A stretch of DNA of 64,000 bases from an uncultured bacterium (GCA_903825105.1 CAIJZI010000007.1:23178-87177); one strand, 5' to 3'; positions 8,675 through 20,752 are shown, counted from the stretch's first letter. Numbers and translations: made by a program. The notes: generated from the letters alone by a model not told the origin.

Positions 8675-9043
8675 ATGGACAATCCGCAATCAGTTCAGGG
8701 GAACAAGCTCTATGTGGGCGGTATCCCTTATCGCTCAACAGAAGATGATATGAAGAAGGCCTTTAGCGAGGCTGGTTCAGTCGTTTCTGCGAGCATTATC
8801 AGTGACCGTATGACGGGCCGCTCACGCGGTTTCGGCTTCGTCGAAATGGCGTCTGAAGCAGAGGCTCAGGCGGCTATCGACCGATGGGACGGGAAGGAAA
8901 TGGATGGCCGAACGCTCTCCGTTTCTTTCGCACGCCCACAGGGTGATCGACCTCCTCGCCGCGATGGCGGTTTCGGAGGTGGTGACCGAGGTGGATACGG
9001 AGGCGGCAATAGCCAAGGTGGCTATGGCCGAGGTGGATACTAA
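8675..9043 (+). CDS. RRM-domain RNA-binding protein with Gly-rich tail (RbpA-like)
   Basis: RNP2 LYVGGI, RNP1 RGFGFVEM, RGG/GGY tail, terminator at ~9076-9114. Confidence 0.95.
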   Translation: MDNPQSVQGNKLYVGGIPYRSTEDDMKKAFSEAGSVVSASIISDRMTGRSRGFGFVEMASEAEAQAAIDRWDGKEMDGRTLSVSFARPQGDRPPRRDGGFGGGDRGGYGGGNSQGGYGRGGY

Positions 9044-9132
9044 TCCCCTGTCTGCATAATTTGCAGACTTCGCGAAAACAAAAGCGCTCGCCAAATGGCG
9101 AGCGCTTTTGTTTTCTGTGGTAACTTTATTTT

Positions 9133-9846
9133 ATGAATAAAGCTGAGGAGCCCGAGGCGTATACAATCGGCTGGCAACCATTTCTCGGATTAAAAATTTA
9201 TTTGGATTCAAAGCCTTTAATCCCCCGCCCAGAAACGGAGTGGTGGAGCGAATGTTTAATAAGCGAGGCGGCGGAAAAATTTTCGGTAGTAAGACTTGGC
9301 CGAGCGGCCCGGAGCGCTACCGAAAATTCTTTCGCCAACGAGCGACCCAGATTCCTCGATCTCTGCGCAGGATCAGGCGCGATTGGCTGTGCAGCACTCA
9401 AAACACTTCCATATATGGAAGTATTTTTTGGCGAGATCGACCCCGCACATGAAAAAACTATTTTAAAAAATATTGCAGAAAATAATTTAGATACTTCGCG
9501 CTCGCATATTTGCATCGGCGACCTATTCCAGCCATTTGAAAATATAAAGTTTGATGTTATCGCCGCCAACCCTCCCTACATCCCCGAAGACCGCGAGCTT
9601 CCTTCAAGCGTCGCCGACTACGAGCCTGCGCTCGCTCTTCGCGCAGGCAGCGACGGCCTCGCTCTTATTCGCCGCATCGCCACTTCCTTAAGGTTTCACC
9701 TTACTCCAAATGGCGTCGCGTGGATCGAGTGCGACTCTGCACATACAGAAGCCGCCCGTGCATTATTTATCGCTGAAGGCTTTGCTGCAGAGATTAAAAA
9801 TGATCACTATGGCGTTCCGCGCATCATTGTAGCTCGCCACGCTTAG
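9133..9846 (+). CDS. prmC: Release factor glutamine methyltransferase, N-terminally short, with in-frame palindromic insert
   Basis: LIPRPETE, LDLCAGSG, NPPY, YEPALAL. Confidence 0.9.
   Translation: MNKAEEPEAYTIGWQPFLGLKIYLDSKPLIPRPETEWWSECLISEAAEKFSVVRLGRAARSATENSFANERPRFLDLCAGSGAIGCAALKTLPYMEVFFGEIDPAHEKTILKNIAENNLDTSRSHICIGDLFQPFENIKFDVIAANPPYIPEDRELPSSVADYEPALALRAGSDGLALIRRIATSLRFHLTPNGVAWIECDSAHTEAARALFIAEGFAAEIKNDHYGVPRIIVARHA
9270..9336. repeat. Family B palindromic element in-frame in prmC
   Basis: aattttcggtag/ctaccgaaaatt stem around taagacttggcc..ccggagcg; encodes AEKFSVVRLGRAARSATENSFA. Confidence 0.75.
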
Positions 9847-9864
9847 GCACGGTATAATGAGCAG

Positions 9865-11091
9865 ATGACTGAGCCACTTTCGACCGACCCGTATAAAGGC
9901 GTCCGCGACTTTTATCCTAGCGATTATGCACGAATGAACGCGATGTTCGCGCGCATCCGCGAGACATTATTTAAGTGGGGTTATGAAGAATACAACGCAT
10001 CGCCCTTGGAACGCGCCGAGATCTACGAAGCGAAGACTTCAGAAGAAATCGTGAATGAGCAGACCTATACTTTCACCGACCGCGGAGAACGCCGCGTGAC
10101 GCTGCGCCCCGAGATGACACCAACCCTCGCGAGAATGGTCTCGGCGAAGCGCCGCGAGCTCGCCTTCCCGCTCCGCTGGTTCTCTATCGGCAATCGCTTC
10201 CGCTATGAGCGTCCACAAAAAGGCAGGCTGCGAGAGTTTTACCAAACCGACATCGACCTTATCGGCCTCCCTGAAGGCGAAGCAGATCTTGAGATTATTA
10301 AAATCGCTTCAGAAATTTTGAAATCTTTTGGTGCTAAAGAAAGTGACTTTATCATTCGCATCAATTCGCGTTCTCTCTTAAACGAAGCGTGTCGCGAGGC
10401 CGGGCTCACGAGTGACGGTGTGCGCCAGTACCTCCGTCTCCTCGATAAAAAAGCGAAAATAACGGTGGAAGAATTTAAAGAAGCACTCGCCGCGATTACT
10501 ACCAAAGATCCGCTCTCTCTTATTCAGACGGAAAAGATGGACGCATTTCTCGCGACTCTCAAAGAACGCGGCGTTATGAATGCGACCTTTGACGCTGGTA
10601 TCACGCGCGGGTTTGATTATTACACCGGGATGGTTTTTGAAATATATGATACAAACCCGACGAATCCGCGCGCACTCTTCGGCGGCGGTCGCTACGACGG
10701 GCTTGTCGCCCTCTTCGGCGGCGACCCGATCCCTGCAGTTGGGTTCGCGCTCGGTGATGTGACGCTTGCCGACTTCCTCGAGACGCACAATCTTGTACCG
10801 AAGTCAGACTTCGGTAAACCGAAACTCTATATCGGTACCCCGTCGGTAGATACGATTCCTGCGGCACAAACATTCGCTAACACACTCCGCGAACAGGGCG
10901 TGTGCGTCTTCGTTAATCTCACGAGCCGCGGGCTCGGCGACCAGATTAAAGATGCGGTGAAGCGCGACATTCCCTTCTTCCTCGCGTACGGCGCTGATGA
11001 AGAAAAAAATAAAACGGTAAAGATGAAAGTGCTCGCGACGGGTGAAGAAAAAAATATCCCTGTTTCTGAAATCATAAGCGTTATCAAATAA
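9865..11091 (+). CDS. hisS: Histidine--tRNA ligase
   Basis: KGVRDF, LRPEMT, FRYERPQKGRLREFYQ, RGFDYYTG, GGGRYD. Confidence 0.97.
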   Translation: MTEPLSTDPYKGVRDFYPSDYARMNAMFARIRETLFKWGYEEYNASPLERAEIYEAKTSEEIVNEQTYTFTDRGERRVTLRPEMTPTLARMVSAKRRELAFPLRWFSIGNRFRYERPQKGRLREFYQTDIDLIGLPEGEADLEIIKIASEILKSFGAKESDFIIRINSRSLLNEACREAGLTSDGVRQYLRLLDKKAKITVEEFKEALAAITTKDPLSLIQTEKMDAFLATLKERGVMNATFDAGITRGFDYYTGMVFEIYDTNPTNPRALFGGGRYDGLVALFGGDPIPAVGFALGDVTLADFLETHNLVPKSDFGKPKLYIGTPSVDTIPAAQTFANTLREQGVCVFVNLTSRGLGDQIKDAVKRDIPFFLAYGADEEKNKTVKMKVLATGEEKNIPVSEIISVIK

Positions 11092-11092
11092 T

Positions 11093-11677
11093 ATGCGCGT
11101 CATTACCTTCGATATTGAATCTATTTCTGACTCGGTGGTGCGCGGGCATATCGATGTACGCGAACAAGAACTCACCGTCGTCGCGATTCACGATTCTGAA
11201 ACAGGAGAATATTCTGCCTATTTTAAAGATGAGCTACCTCAGCTCTGGCCGATTATCGAGCGCGCCGATATGCTCGTCGGATTCAATTCTGACTCATTCG
11301 ATATTCCGCTTCTGAATCGCTATTATCCCGGAGACTTGTCGAGTATTCGTTCACTCGACCTCTTAAGCGAAGTACAAAAAGCGCTCGGTCGCCGTATCCG
11401 CCTCCAGTCAATCGCCGAGGGCACTTTGGGTAAAAGTAAGTCAGGCGACGGGCTCACCGCAGGAGAATGGTGGAAGAGTGGCGACCGAGAAAAGGTGCGA
11501 GAATATTGTATCGACGATGTGCGCATCACGAGAGCAATTTATGAATACGCGCTCAAAAATGGCGTATTAAAATATAAAGACCTGCGCGATATCCGCGATA
11601 TTAAAATAGACACCTCGAGCTGGAGCGCCGAGCCAGAACAAAAACCGGCGGTTATGACACACGCACTTCAATTATGA
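11093..11677 (+). CDS. DEDD/RNase_H_2-like 3'-5' exonuclease
   Basis: FDIES, GFNSDSFDIP, YCIDDV motifs. Confidence 0.8.
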   Translation: MRVITFDIESISDSVVRGHIDVREQELTVVAIHDSETGEYSAYFKDELPQLWPIIERADMLVGFNSDSFDIPLLNRYYPGDLSSIRSLDLLSEVQKALGRRIRLQSIAEGTLGKSKSGDGLTAGEWWKSGDREKVREYCIDDVRITRAIYEYALKNGVLKYKDLRDIRDIKIDTSSWSAEPEQKPAVMTHALQL

Positions 11678-12363
11678 AAACTTCATTCACTGTCCCTATC
11701 GCTATTATTATCGGAGGCATTGTTGTCGCTGGATCAGTTTATTTTTCAATAAAAAAATCGGTCTTCCCGATTTCAAATAATGGGAACCCTGCACTTGTGC
11801 GCCCAGTGAGCGCAAATGATCATCTCCTCGGCAACCCAGCAGCGCCCGTCGTCGTGGTTGAGTATGCAGACTTTGACTGTGAATTTTGTAAAAACTTCAG
11901 CGACACGATGAACCAGATAATCGCGAATGAAGGAGCGAACGGACGAGTCGCTTGGGTCTATCGCGAATTCCCTCTTATCGAGATCCATCCAAACGCCTTC
12001 TCGAGCGCAGAAGCCGCAGAGTGCGCTGCGAAGACTGCGGGGAATGACGCGTTCTGGAAATTTGCTGATGCCCTATTCGCCAGCCAACCAGCCGACCCTT
12101 CGCAGTATGGAACGCTCGCTGCTTCAGCAGGAATCAGGGGCAACGATTTCGCCACCTGTTTTGAAAACGCATCAACAACAGTCGCCACACGCATCAACGC
12201 TGATCGACAAAACGCCCTCGCTTCTGGCGCCGTCGGCACGCCATATTCACTCATTCTCGTAAACGGCCAAACACCTGTCGTAATGACCGGTGCGTATTCT
12301 TATGATGCAGTGAAGCAACTTATTGATCAGGCGCTCGCGACGGTAAACGAAAACGGTAAGTAA
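11674..12363 (+). CDS. DsbA/thioredoxin-like membrane-anchored oxidoreductase
   Basis: EYADFDCEFC, FPL..IHP, GTP cis-Pro loop. Confidence 0.9.
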   Translation: MKTSFTVPIAIIIGGIVVAGSVYFSIKKSVFPISNNGNPALVRPVSANDHLLGNPAAPVVVVEYADFDCEFCKNFSDTMNQIIANEGANGRVAWVYREFPLIEIHPNAFSSAEAAECAAKTAGNDAFWKFADALFASQPADPSQYGTLAASAGIRGNDFATCFENASTTVATRINADRQNALASGAVGTPYSLILVNGQTPVVMTGAYSYDAVKQLIDQALATVNENGK

Positions 12364-12437
12364 TTTTCGGGACTCCACGGCGCGAGGACTGAACAATTTT
12401 TCAGCAGAAAAATTGTGTGCCCGAAAATTACTTACCG
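12354..12437. repeat. Family B element between convergent genes; perfect 18-bp outer IR includes both stop codons
   Basis: cggtaagtaattttcggg/cccgaaaattacttaccg; inner acggcgcgagg and aatttttcagcagaaaaatt shared with the dnaE insert. Confidence 0.85.
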
Positions 12438-13291
12438 CTTTCGTCATCGATTAATCCGAGTCGATAAATATCAAAAGAGTTTTCGCCTTCGAACATATCG
12501 GAGGGATTGGGCAGGAAAATGCGCTGGCGAGAGATCTCTGCTGTCGCATCGTTAATCAAACGCTCGAAGACTTTAAAATCTTCGGCACATTTTTTAAAAT
12601 CAATTTCATATTTTCGAAGCTGTTTCTTCCCATCGCTATTCTTCGTCTTTTTACATTCGTAGACAATAAACTTCCGCACCGGCTTCTCGAAGAGTGCGCT
12701 CACGGTGTAATAATTAAACACCGCCTGCATAATAAAAAGCGTTTTTGTCGCACCGCCCTTACTAAAAGCGGCGACAAATTTATGATCGACAATATCGACT
12801 GCGCCCTTCTCGCTTCGCGACTCGACGACAAGATCTGAAATCGCTTTAATCGGCAGGTCGAGCCCTCGAACGGCGACCGTGCCTTTTACTTCAACACCAA
12901 GCACCTTATGCCGCGGGGGCTTGGCGAGATAAAATGAAATCACTTGAAGATAGTCCTTTTCCATCGAAGCTCTTTTTTCTTTTTTTGCTGCGCGCGTTTT
13001 GGCTCGGCCAAAATCGATATCAGAATCAGAAATCGCGCGGATATAGTCGAGCCCTTTATTAATTGAACCTTCTTTTTTTTCTTTGTACTTCGCAGCGTTA
13101 GCTGCATATGAATTTCTGTAAAAGTTTTCAAGTGCCAAATGCCCCGCGCTGCCGACAATCGACGCTGGCGTTCTAGGTGTGTCATAAATCTTCTCGACAT
13201 AGCGCTTATGCCACGCAAGCGGATTGCGTAAAAATGCCATTAAACTCGAATGGCTCCAGTACTTTATTGGTGGTTTCCTTTTCCCTGTCAT
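12428..13291 (-). CDS. PD-(D/E)XK nuclease family protein (PDDEXK_1/RecB-like)
   Basis: WSHSSL, GSAGHLALE, SDLV...IVDHK; TATACT 6 nt before ATG. Confidence 0.8.
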   Translation of the reverse strand: MTGKRKPPIKYWSHSSLMAFLRNPLAWHKRYVEKIYDTPRTPASIVGSAGHLALENFYRNSYAANAAKYKEKKEGSINKGLDYIRAISDSDIDFGRAKTRAAKKEKRASMEKDYLQVISFYLAKPPRHKVLGVEVKGTVAVRGLDLPIKAISDLVVESRSEKGAVDIVDHKFVAAFSKGGATKTLFIMQAVFNYYTVSALFEKPVRKFIVYECKKTKNSDGKKQLRKYEIDFKKCAEDFKVFERLINDATAEISRQRIFLPNPSDMFEGENSFDIYRLGLIDDESGK

Positions 13292-13310
13292 CCGTACAGT
13301 ATAGCAACGC

Positions 13311-13365
13311 AAAAGTAGCAAGGGTAACCCTTACTACTTTTCACTTGGAAGTCGGACTTCCAAGT
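13311..13365. repeat. Tandem palindromes, family C (13311-13341) and family D (13343-13365)
   Basis: aaaagtagcaagggtaacccttactactttt; acttggaagtcggacttccaagt. Confidence 0.8.
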
Positions 13366-14619
<1,254 letters not shown>

Positions 14620-14638
14620 TTTTAAATGTATGAAATTA

Positions 14639-16324
14639 TTACATTAGTGAAAAAGATGCGAGACGCGCAGAAATTTTCGCGCACTCGGCTTGTGCATTTT
14701 TAATCGCTTCAGAGTCTCCAAGAGCTTCAATTCGGCGTAAGTGTAGAACAGCCTCTTGATACCTCTCGCGAATGACTGTTTCTTCAAAAGCATGAAGAAG
14801 CTCGTCCGCCACATCTTCGTTCGGTTTTTCTCCGAACATTTGTTCAGCGTTAAAGAGCGCTGGCTCTGGAGGTATCCCAGCCGGAAATGACTGGTCCCCA
14901 ATAATTCGACAATACTCCGTTTTGACACGATTGGCAAGTGGTGTCCCCGGGTAAGCATACACCACCGAGAGTAGCTGTTCTGCACGAATATCTCGAGGCA
15001 TCCTTTTATCAGACTTCTCCGCACTATGTGTAGTACGGCTGGCAGGGTCAGGCTGTTTCGCGACCCTTTTCAACGATTCTTTAATCGTCTCATTCGAGAG
15101 GCCGAGCGAGCGCGCGGTAATTTGGGTAAAATGCTCGCGCTCCATCGGGCTCTGCATCGCGGCGATAAGCGGCAGGACGATTCTCTCTGCAGCCGAAACG
15201 AGGCGGTGAGGATCGCGCTCCCTCTCGCTAAGCGAGGCGAGGAAAAAATCGACAATGGGCTTCGCGGCGACAACACATTTTGAAAATTCCTTCGGATCTT
15301 CGGTAATTAAATCAGCCGGGTCCTTCCCGCTAGTGAGTCGCGCAGCCTTTACCTTAAGCCCAGCAGACAAAGCGAGCATCGCGGAGCGCGCGGTCGCGGT
15401 GAGCCCCGCAGTGTCGGAGTCGAGCACGAGCATAAGATTATCGCTGTAGCGCTTGATAAGCGTGATGTGCCTTTCAGAAAGTGCCGTACCGGACAAGGCA
15501 ATAGTGTTTTCAAATCCTGTTTGGTGCGCGAGGAGCGCGTCCATTTGACCTTCAACGAGGAGTGCGAATTTACGCACGCGCATCGCGTCCTTCGCGCGGT
15601 CGATACCAAAAAGAATTTCTGACTTGTGGTAGAGATCAGTCTCGGGGCTGTTGAGATATTTTGCTTCGTCATCGGGAGAAAGGGCGCGGCCGGTAAAGGC
15701 TACGACCTTTCCAGAGCTGTCGCATATCGGGAACATGAGGCGATTACGAAATCGATCATAAAAAGTCCCTTGCTTCCCGTCTGCTTCTTTGATGAGCCCT
15801 GCGGCGAGCAATTCTTGAGTCGTGAAGCCGAGCATCGCCATCGCCTCGAGAAGCGAGCGCCACGCGTCAGGCGCGAAGCCGAGCCGCCATGAAGAAATCG
15901 ACTCTTCACTTAATCCGCGACTCTTCGCATAGTCGAATGCAGGACTATTTTTAATCTTTTCTGCATACCACTCGCTCGCTTTATTCATCAATTCGCGTAA
16001 GCGCTCTTTCCTCGACTGCGCTTCAGTATCGACACTCCCCGAATATTCTATTTTAACGCCCGCTTTTTCTGCGAGAATTTTTAACGCACCCTTGAAGTCG
16101 ACACCTTCGATCTTTTCTATAAAAGAGAATCCGTCGCCGCCGACTCCACAGCCGAAGCAGTGCCAAGTCCCGCGCTCGGGGCTGACATGAAATGATGGCG
16201 TCTTCTCTTTGTGGAATGGACACAATCCGCGAAGCGACCTTCCGGCTTTTGTAAGCTTCACATAGCCGCCAACGATGTCCTGAATCTCGAGGCGGTCTTT
16301 AATCTGTTGTACCGTGTCTGACAT
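14639..16324 (-). CDS. dnaG: DNA primase
   Basis: [11 protein letters not shown] zinc finger, KYLNSPET, Toprim VEGQMD / DSDTAG. Confidence 0.97.
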   Translation of the reverse strand: MSDTVQQIKDRLEIQDIVGGYVKLTKAGRSLRGLCPFHKEKTPSFHVSPERGTWHCFGCGVGGDGFSFIEKIEGVDFKGALKILAEKAGVKIEYSGSVDTEAQSRKERLRELMNKASEWYAEKIKNSPAFDYAKSRGLSEESISSWRLGFAPDAWRSLLEAMAMLGFTTQELLAAGLIKEADGKQGTFYDRFRNRLMFPICDSSGKVVAFTGRALSPDDEAKYLNSPETDLYHKSEILFGIDRAKDAMRVRKFALLVEGQMDALLAHQTGFENTIALSGTALSERHITLIKRYSDNLMLVLDSDTAGLTATARSAMLALSAGLKVKAARLTSGKDPADLITEDPKEFSKCVVAAKPIVDFFLASLSERERDPHRLVSAAERIVLPLIAAMQSPMEREHFTQITARSLGLSNETIKESLKRVAKQPDPASRTTHSAEKSDKRMPRDIRAEQLLSVVYAYPGTPLANRVKTEYCRIIGDQSFPAGIPPEPALFNAEQMFGEKPNEDVADELLHAFEETVIRERYQEAVLHLRRIEALGDSEAIKNAQAECAKISARLASFSLM

Positions 16325-16467
16325 CTTTCAATTCTACCTCGCTTTTCGCGAGCTTGACAAATAAGGTGGAGTATGCTAACCTATCAAAGGTGAATTCACA
16401 ACAACACACACAACACCTCCAAGGAGGTCGAGTGCCGAGGTGGCGATACTTCGCCAGGAGAATTTTC

Positions 16468-16629
16468 ATGAAAAAGTCAACGAAGCTTTTCCTTGTAAGT
16501 GCGGTTCTTTTCTTGATCGGCGCGGTGATGCTCGCGAAAGATCACACTGTAGGGTTAGGATCCCTTCTCGGGCTCATAGGGATTCTGAATCTGGTAGTCG
16601 GAATCATAGAACTCCGGCAGCACAACTAA
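16468..16629 (+). CDS. Small 2-TM protein (53 aa), accessory gene
   Basis: TTGACA(16354)-17-TAACCT promoter, SD AGGAG, terminator ggcgcgagct..agctcgcgcc plus T-tract. Confidence 0.65.
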   Translation: MKKSTKLFLVSAVLFLIGAVMLAKDHTVGLGSLLGLIGILNLVVGIIELRQHN

Positions 16630-16771
16630 CACAAACCCGGCGCGAGCTCTAGCAGCTCGCGCCGATTCTTTTTTATGTTGGACATCGGAAGTCCAACACA
16701 TTTAGGCGTGCGGTTGACAGTGGCGAATATTTATACTAATCTCAATTTGGATAGATTTTTGCGAGGTGCTT

Positions 16772-16945
16772 ATGTTCTCAAAAATAGGGATGGTTGTCTC
16801 CATTTTGACGCTTCTGTGGGGACTCTGGCGCACATGGATGGGCATGGAATTCAGTGAAATTCATGTCATTGTCCTAGTCGTCGCTGGTTTTTTGTTCATC
16901 ATTTCACTCTTCGCGCGGCTCAAGGCGAGCACAGACGAAGAGTAA
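16772..16945 (+). CDS. Small 2-TM protein (57 aa, MFSKIGMVVSILTLLWGLWRTW...), accessory gene
   Basis: Manually translated. TTGACA(16714) promoter, SD GAGGTG, hairpin at 16951-16980 after the stop. Confidence 0.65.
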   Translation: MFSKIGMVVSILTLLWGLWRTWMGMEFSEIHVIVLVVAGFLFIISLFARLKASTDEE

Positions 16946-16950
16946 AACCA

Positions 16951-17011
16951 AAACGGCGCGAGGTAACCCTCGCGCCGTTTCTCTTTTGACTTGGAGGTCC
17001 GACCTCCAAGT
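16951..17011. repeat. Family C-like terminator (16951-16980) plus family D palindrome (16989-17011)
   Basis: aaacggcgcgaggtaaccctcgcgccgttt; acttggaggtccgacctccaagt. Confidence 0.8.
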
Positions 17012-17020
17012 TTTTTGTTT

Positions 17021-20000
17021 TTATAATGAACGCGGTGTGCGCGTGTTGTAGTTCTGTCGCGCAGACGATTCTATCACCGGCTGTTCTGCTTGAAGTTTCG
17101 CGATCATCGCATGCTTCTTGCTCCCCGCGAAGCCTGTTCCTGAAGGGATCAATCGCCCGAGAATAATATTCTCTTTAAGCCCGCGCAGACGATCCACACT
17201 GCCGCGAAGTGCCGCGTTGATGAGAATCTTCGTTGTCTGTTCGAATGACGCAGCCGAGAGGAACGAACGGCGCGAGAGCGCACTCTCTTTAATACCGAGG
17301 ACGATATCGTGTGCCGAGGGCGCGATCTTATTCGCTGCTTCCATCTCTGCTACCGCCTTTCCAAATTCCCAATCTTCGACAACATCGCCGACTGAATATT
17401 CGGTGTCGCCCGGATCAGTGATCTTCATACGCGAGAACATCTGCTTCACGATAACTTCGAAGTGCTTTCTAGACACATGAGCGCCCTGGAGTTCATAAAT
17501 CTTCGAGCCTTCGCCGATGATATATTCCTGAACCGCTTCGCGCGTTGCATATTCGAAGAGTTCATCGAGATCTGCTGAACCGTCGGTAAGAATCTGACCC
17601 TTCGAGACGAGGTCACCCTCCTTCACCAGCGCGACGCGTGGATACGGCGCGAGATATTCGTACGAAGAACCATCCTTCTTGCCCTGCCCTTCTTTCGGAG
17701 CGACAACGATAACCTTCTCGCGACCTGACTCTTTTATTTCAGACACAATGCCATCTGACTTCGAGACAACAGCCGGATTCTTCGGTGAACGCTTTTCGAA
17801 GACTTCTTCAACGCGCGGGAGTCCGCCCGTGATGTCTCCACCAACAGAGGCGACGCCTCCGGTGTGGAAGGTGCGGAGCGTGAGCTGTGTGCCCGGTTCA
17901 CCGATCGCTTGTGCAGCGACGGTACCAACGGCTTCACCGAGATCAACCATCTCTTGTGTGGTGAGGTCGACACCGTAGCAGGTCTGACAGATGCCGTAGC
18001 GTGTTTCGCAGGACATCGGCGAGCGCGCGACAATCGACATTACTGGTGAAGCGGCAATGGTATCTGCATCAAGTGCAGAAATATAATGCCCCTTCTTAAA
18101 GAGAACGACCCCGTCCGTATCTGCTACATCTTCGGCGAGAACGCGACCACGAATCGCTTCTGCATAATCGATTTTAATTCCTGATGCGCTGATGCGATTA
18201 ATCTTCACCCCGCGCTTCGTCTTACAATCTTTTTCAGTAATAATTGAGTCCTGCGCAACATCGAAGAGTCGGCGAGTGAGGTAACCCGCCTTCGCTGTGC
18301 CGAGCGCAGTGTCAGCGAGACCCTTTCTCGAGCCGTGCGTTGACATGAAGTATTCAATCGAATTAAGTCCTTCGACAAGCGAAGAAAGAATTGGGACTTC
18401 GATCGTTTCTCCAACGGTGTTCTGCATGAGGCCCTTCATACCTGCCATCTGATTAATCTGCCCGAGAGAACCGCGAGCGCCCGAGGTGATCATGTCAGCT
18501 ACTGAACCCATAGGATTAAGTCCTTCGACAACGAGCTGCTGGATTTCTTGGTTCACACCCTGCCAGATTTCTATCGCCATTCGACGCTTCTCTTCTACCG
18601 AGAGCAATCCTTCTTGGTAATCACTTTCAATCTTAGCTATTTTTTCTGCTGCCACTTCTATAACCTTCGCCTTTTTCTCTGGCACAAGCATGTCGTCGAT
18701 TGCCCACGAGACGCCTGACTTCGTCGCATATTCGAAACCGAAACGCTTCACTTTATTTACAATTGCTGGTACCGAGTCAAGCCCGTAGAGCACGATACAT
18801 TCATCAACGACTCGAGCGAGAACCTTCTTCGTAATCGTTTCGTTAATAAATGGATAATCTTTCGGCAAGACGGTGTTGAAGAGGAGACGACCGACAGTTG
18901 TCTCAAATGGACGGCCATCAAATTTCTCATATTTCTTTTTACCTGCGATAGGCAAGACTTTAATCTTCGCGCGCATATCGATAGCGCCATATTCGGAGGT
19001 GAGAATCGCGGCATTTGGCGAGGCGAAATATTCTCCTTCTCCCTTTGTCTTTTCAGCAACCTTGGTGAGCCAATACACGCCGAGAATAATATCGAGCGGC
19101 TTTCCGGTGAGCACGATCGTGTCGCCCGAGCCCGGCTTCAAGATGTTCTTATTCGCACTCATAATGTTCGCGGCTTCCCACTGTGCTTCTTCAGAGAGCG
19201 GTACATGAACTGCCATTTGGTCACCGTCGAAGTCTGCGTTGAAAGCGTTACAAACGAGCGGGTGCAACTGAATCGCATCTCCTTCAATAAGACGCGGATG
19301 GAATGCTTGAATACCCTGGCGGTGAAGCGTTGGTGCGCGGTTGAGGAGCACATGTTTATCCGCGATAACTTCTTCGAGAATTTCCCAGACTTCTGGCACA
19401 CCGTCGTCAATGAGGCGACCGGCGCCACGGATGTTGAAGGCGAGTTCGCGCTTCAAGAGTCCAGCGATAACGAATGGGCGGAAGAGTTCGAGCGCCATAT
19501 GCTTCGGCAGACCACATTCATTGAGCTCGAGATTCGGGCCGATAACAATAACCGAGCGGCCTGAATAATCGACGCGCTTACCGAGAAGGTTCTGGCGGAA
19601 ATACCCCTGCTTACCCTTAAGATAATCAGCGAGCGACTTGAGCGGTCGGCGCTGGGCGAGCGTTATCGCGCCAGCAGAAGCGCCACTCTTCCTAATTGAA
19701 TTGTCGAGAAGCGCATCAACGGCTTCTTGGAGAATTCTTTTTTCATTTCGAAGAATAACTTCAGGTGCGTGGATGTCGATGAGTTTCTTCAAACGATTAT
19801 TACGATTGATGACACGGCGATAAAGGTCGTTCACATCTGAGGTCGCGTGGCGGCCACCTTCGAGCGCGACCATTGGGCGGAGCGCTGGTGGGATAACCGG
19901 AATGCGCGTGAGGAAGAGCCACTCTGGACGGATGTTTGCCGCGATGAGCCCGGCAATAAGCGAGAGACGCTTCGCGATTTTTTCTTTTTCTGCCGTTCCT

Positions 20001-20752
20001 GCCTTCTCATAACGAGCGAGAAGCGTCTTTTCAAGATCCTTCAGATTAAGAGCGCGAAAAATATCATAAATAGCCTCTGCACCAATGCGTGCTTCGAAGA
20101 GGCCGCCATATTTTACCGAGAAGCGGTGATACTCGAGCTCGTCGAGCACTTTACCCACAACAATGCCTTCGATTTCATTCTTCGCGAAGGTCATCTTCTC
20201 TTTGAGTGCATCGCGTTCAGAATCTTTTTCAAGAGATTTAAACTTCGATTTATATTCGCTCTCGAGTTCTGCGATAAGTCGCTTCTTTTCTTCTTCAGCA
20301 ACCTTCGTGATGATGTGTCCGGCAAAATAAATAACCTTTTCAACATCAGCCGCTGGCGCGCCGAGAATAAGTGCCATGCGCGAAGGAACACTGCGCAAGA
20401 ACCAGATGTGTGCGACCGGAGTACAGAGCTCGATGTGGCCCATTCGCTCTCGTCGAACGATAGAACGCGTAATTTCTACGCCACACTTATCGCAGACAAT
20501 TCCTTTATAACGAATGCCTTTGTACTTCCCGCAGTAACATTCGTAATCCTTTTCAGGGCCGAAGATCTTTTCGTCGAAGAGGCCGTGCTTCTCTGATCGC
20601 TGGGTACGATAATTGATTGTCTCAGGTTTTGTCACTTCGCCTTTACTCCATTCAAGAATCTTTTCTGGAGAAGCGAGTGCGAGGCGGAGACCATTCCATG
20701 TGTCAATCCTGCCCGGAAGAAGAGTGCGTCGTGTTCGTGGTGTAAGTGCCAT
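17021..20752 (-). CDS. rpoC: RNA polymerase beta' subunit
   Basis: NADFDGD, GKRVDYSGRSVI, zinc finger CYCGKY. Confidence 0.99.
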   Translation of the reverse strand: MALTPRTRRTLLPGRIDTWNGLRLALASPEKILEWSKGEVTKPETINYRTQRSEKHGLFDEKIFGPEKDYECYCGKYKGIRYKGIVCDKCGVEITRSIVRRERMGHIELCTPVAHIWFLRSVPSRMALILGAPAADVEKVIYFAGHIITKVAEEEKKRLIAELESEYKSKFKSLEKDSERDALKEKMTFAKNEIEGIVVGKVLDELEYHRFSVKYGGLFEARIGAEAIYDIFRALNLKDLEKTLLARYEKAGTAEKEKIAKRLSLIAGLIAANIRPEWLFLTRIPVIPPALRPMVALEGGRHATSDVNDLYRRVINRNNRLKKLIDIHAPEVILRNEKRILQEAVDALLDNSIRKSGASAGAITLAQRRPLKSLADYLKGKQGYFRQNLLGKRVDYSGRSVIVIGPNLELNECGLPKHMALELFRPFVIAGLLKRELAFNIRGAGRLIDDGVPEVWEILEEVIADKHVLLNRAPTLHRQGIQAFHPRLIEGDAIQLHPLVCNAFNADFDGDQMAVHVPLSEEAQWEAANIMSANKNILKPGSGDTIVLTGKPLDIILGVYWLTKVAEKTKGEGEYFASPNAAILTSEYGAIDMRAKIKVLPIAGKKKYEKFDGRPFETTVGRLLFNTVLPKDYPFINETITKKVLARVVDECIVLYGLDSVPAIVNKVKRFGFEYATKSGVSWAIDDMLVPEKKAKVIEVAAEKIAKIESDYQEGLLSVEEKRRMAIEIWQGVNQEIQQLVVEGLNPMGSVADMITSGARGSLGQINQMAGMKGLMQNTVGETIEVPILSSLVEGLNSIEYFMSTHGSRKGLADTALGTAKAGYLTRRLFDVAQDSIITEKDCKTKRGVKINRISASGIKIDYAEAIRGRVLAEDVADTDGVVLFKKGHYISALDADTIAASPVMSIVARSPMSCETRYGICQTCYGVDLTTQEMVDLGEAVGTVAAQAIGEPGTQLTLRTFHTGGVASVGGDITGGLPRVEEVFEKRSPKNPAVVSKSDGIVSEIKESGREKVIVVAPKEGQGKKDGSSYEYLAPYPRVALVKEGDLVSKGQILTDGSADLDELFEYATREAVQEYIIGEGSKIYELQGAHVSRKHFEVIVKQMFSRMKITDPGDTEYSVGDVVEDWEFGKAVAEMEAANKIAPSAHDIVLGIKESALSRRSFLSAASFEQTTKILINAALRGSVDRLRGLKENIILGRLIPSGTGFAGSKKHAMIAKLQAEQPVIESSARQNYNTRTPRSL

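Noticed and set aside
12428-13291. Cas4 / CRISPR association of the PD-(D/E)XK gene
   Set aside because: No four-Cys Fe-S pattern, no cas neighbours, and no regularly spaced repeat-spacer array anywhere in the window.
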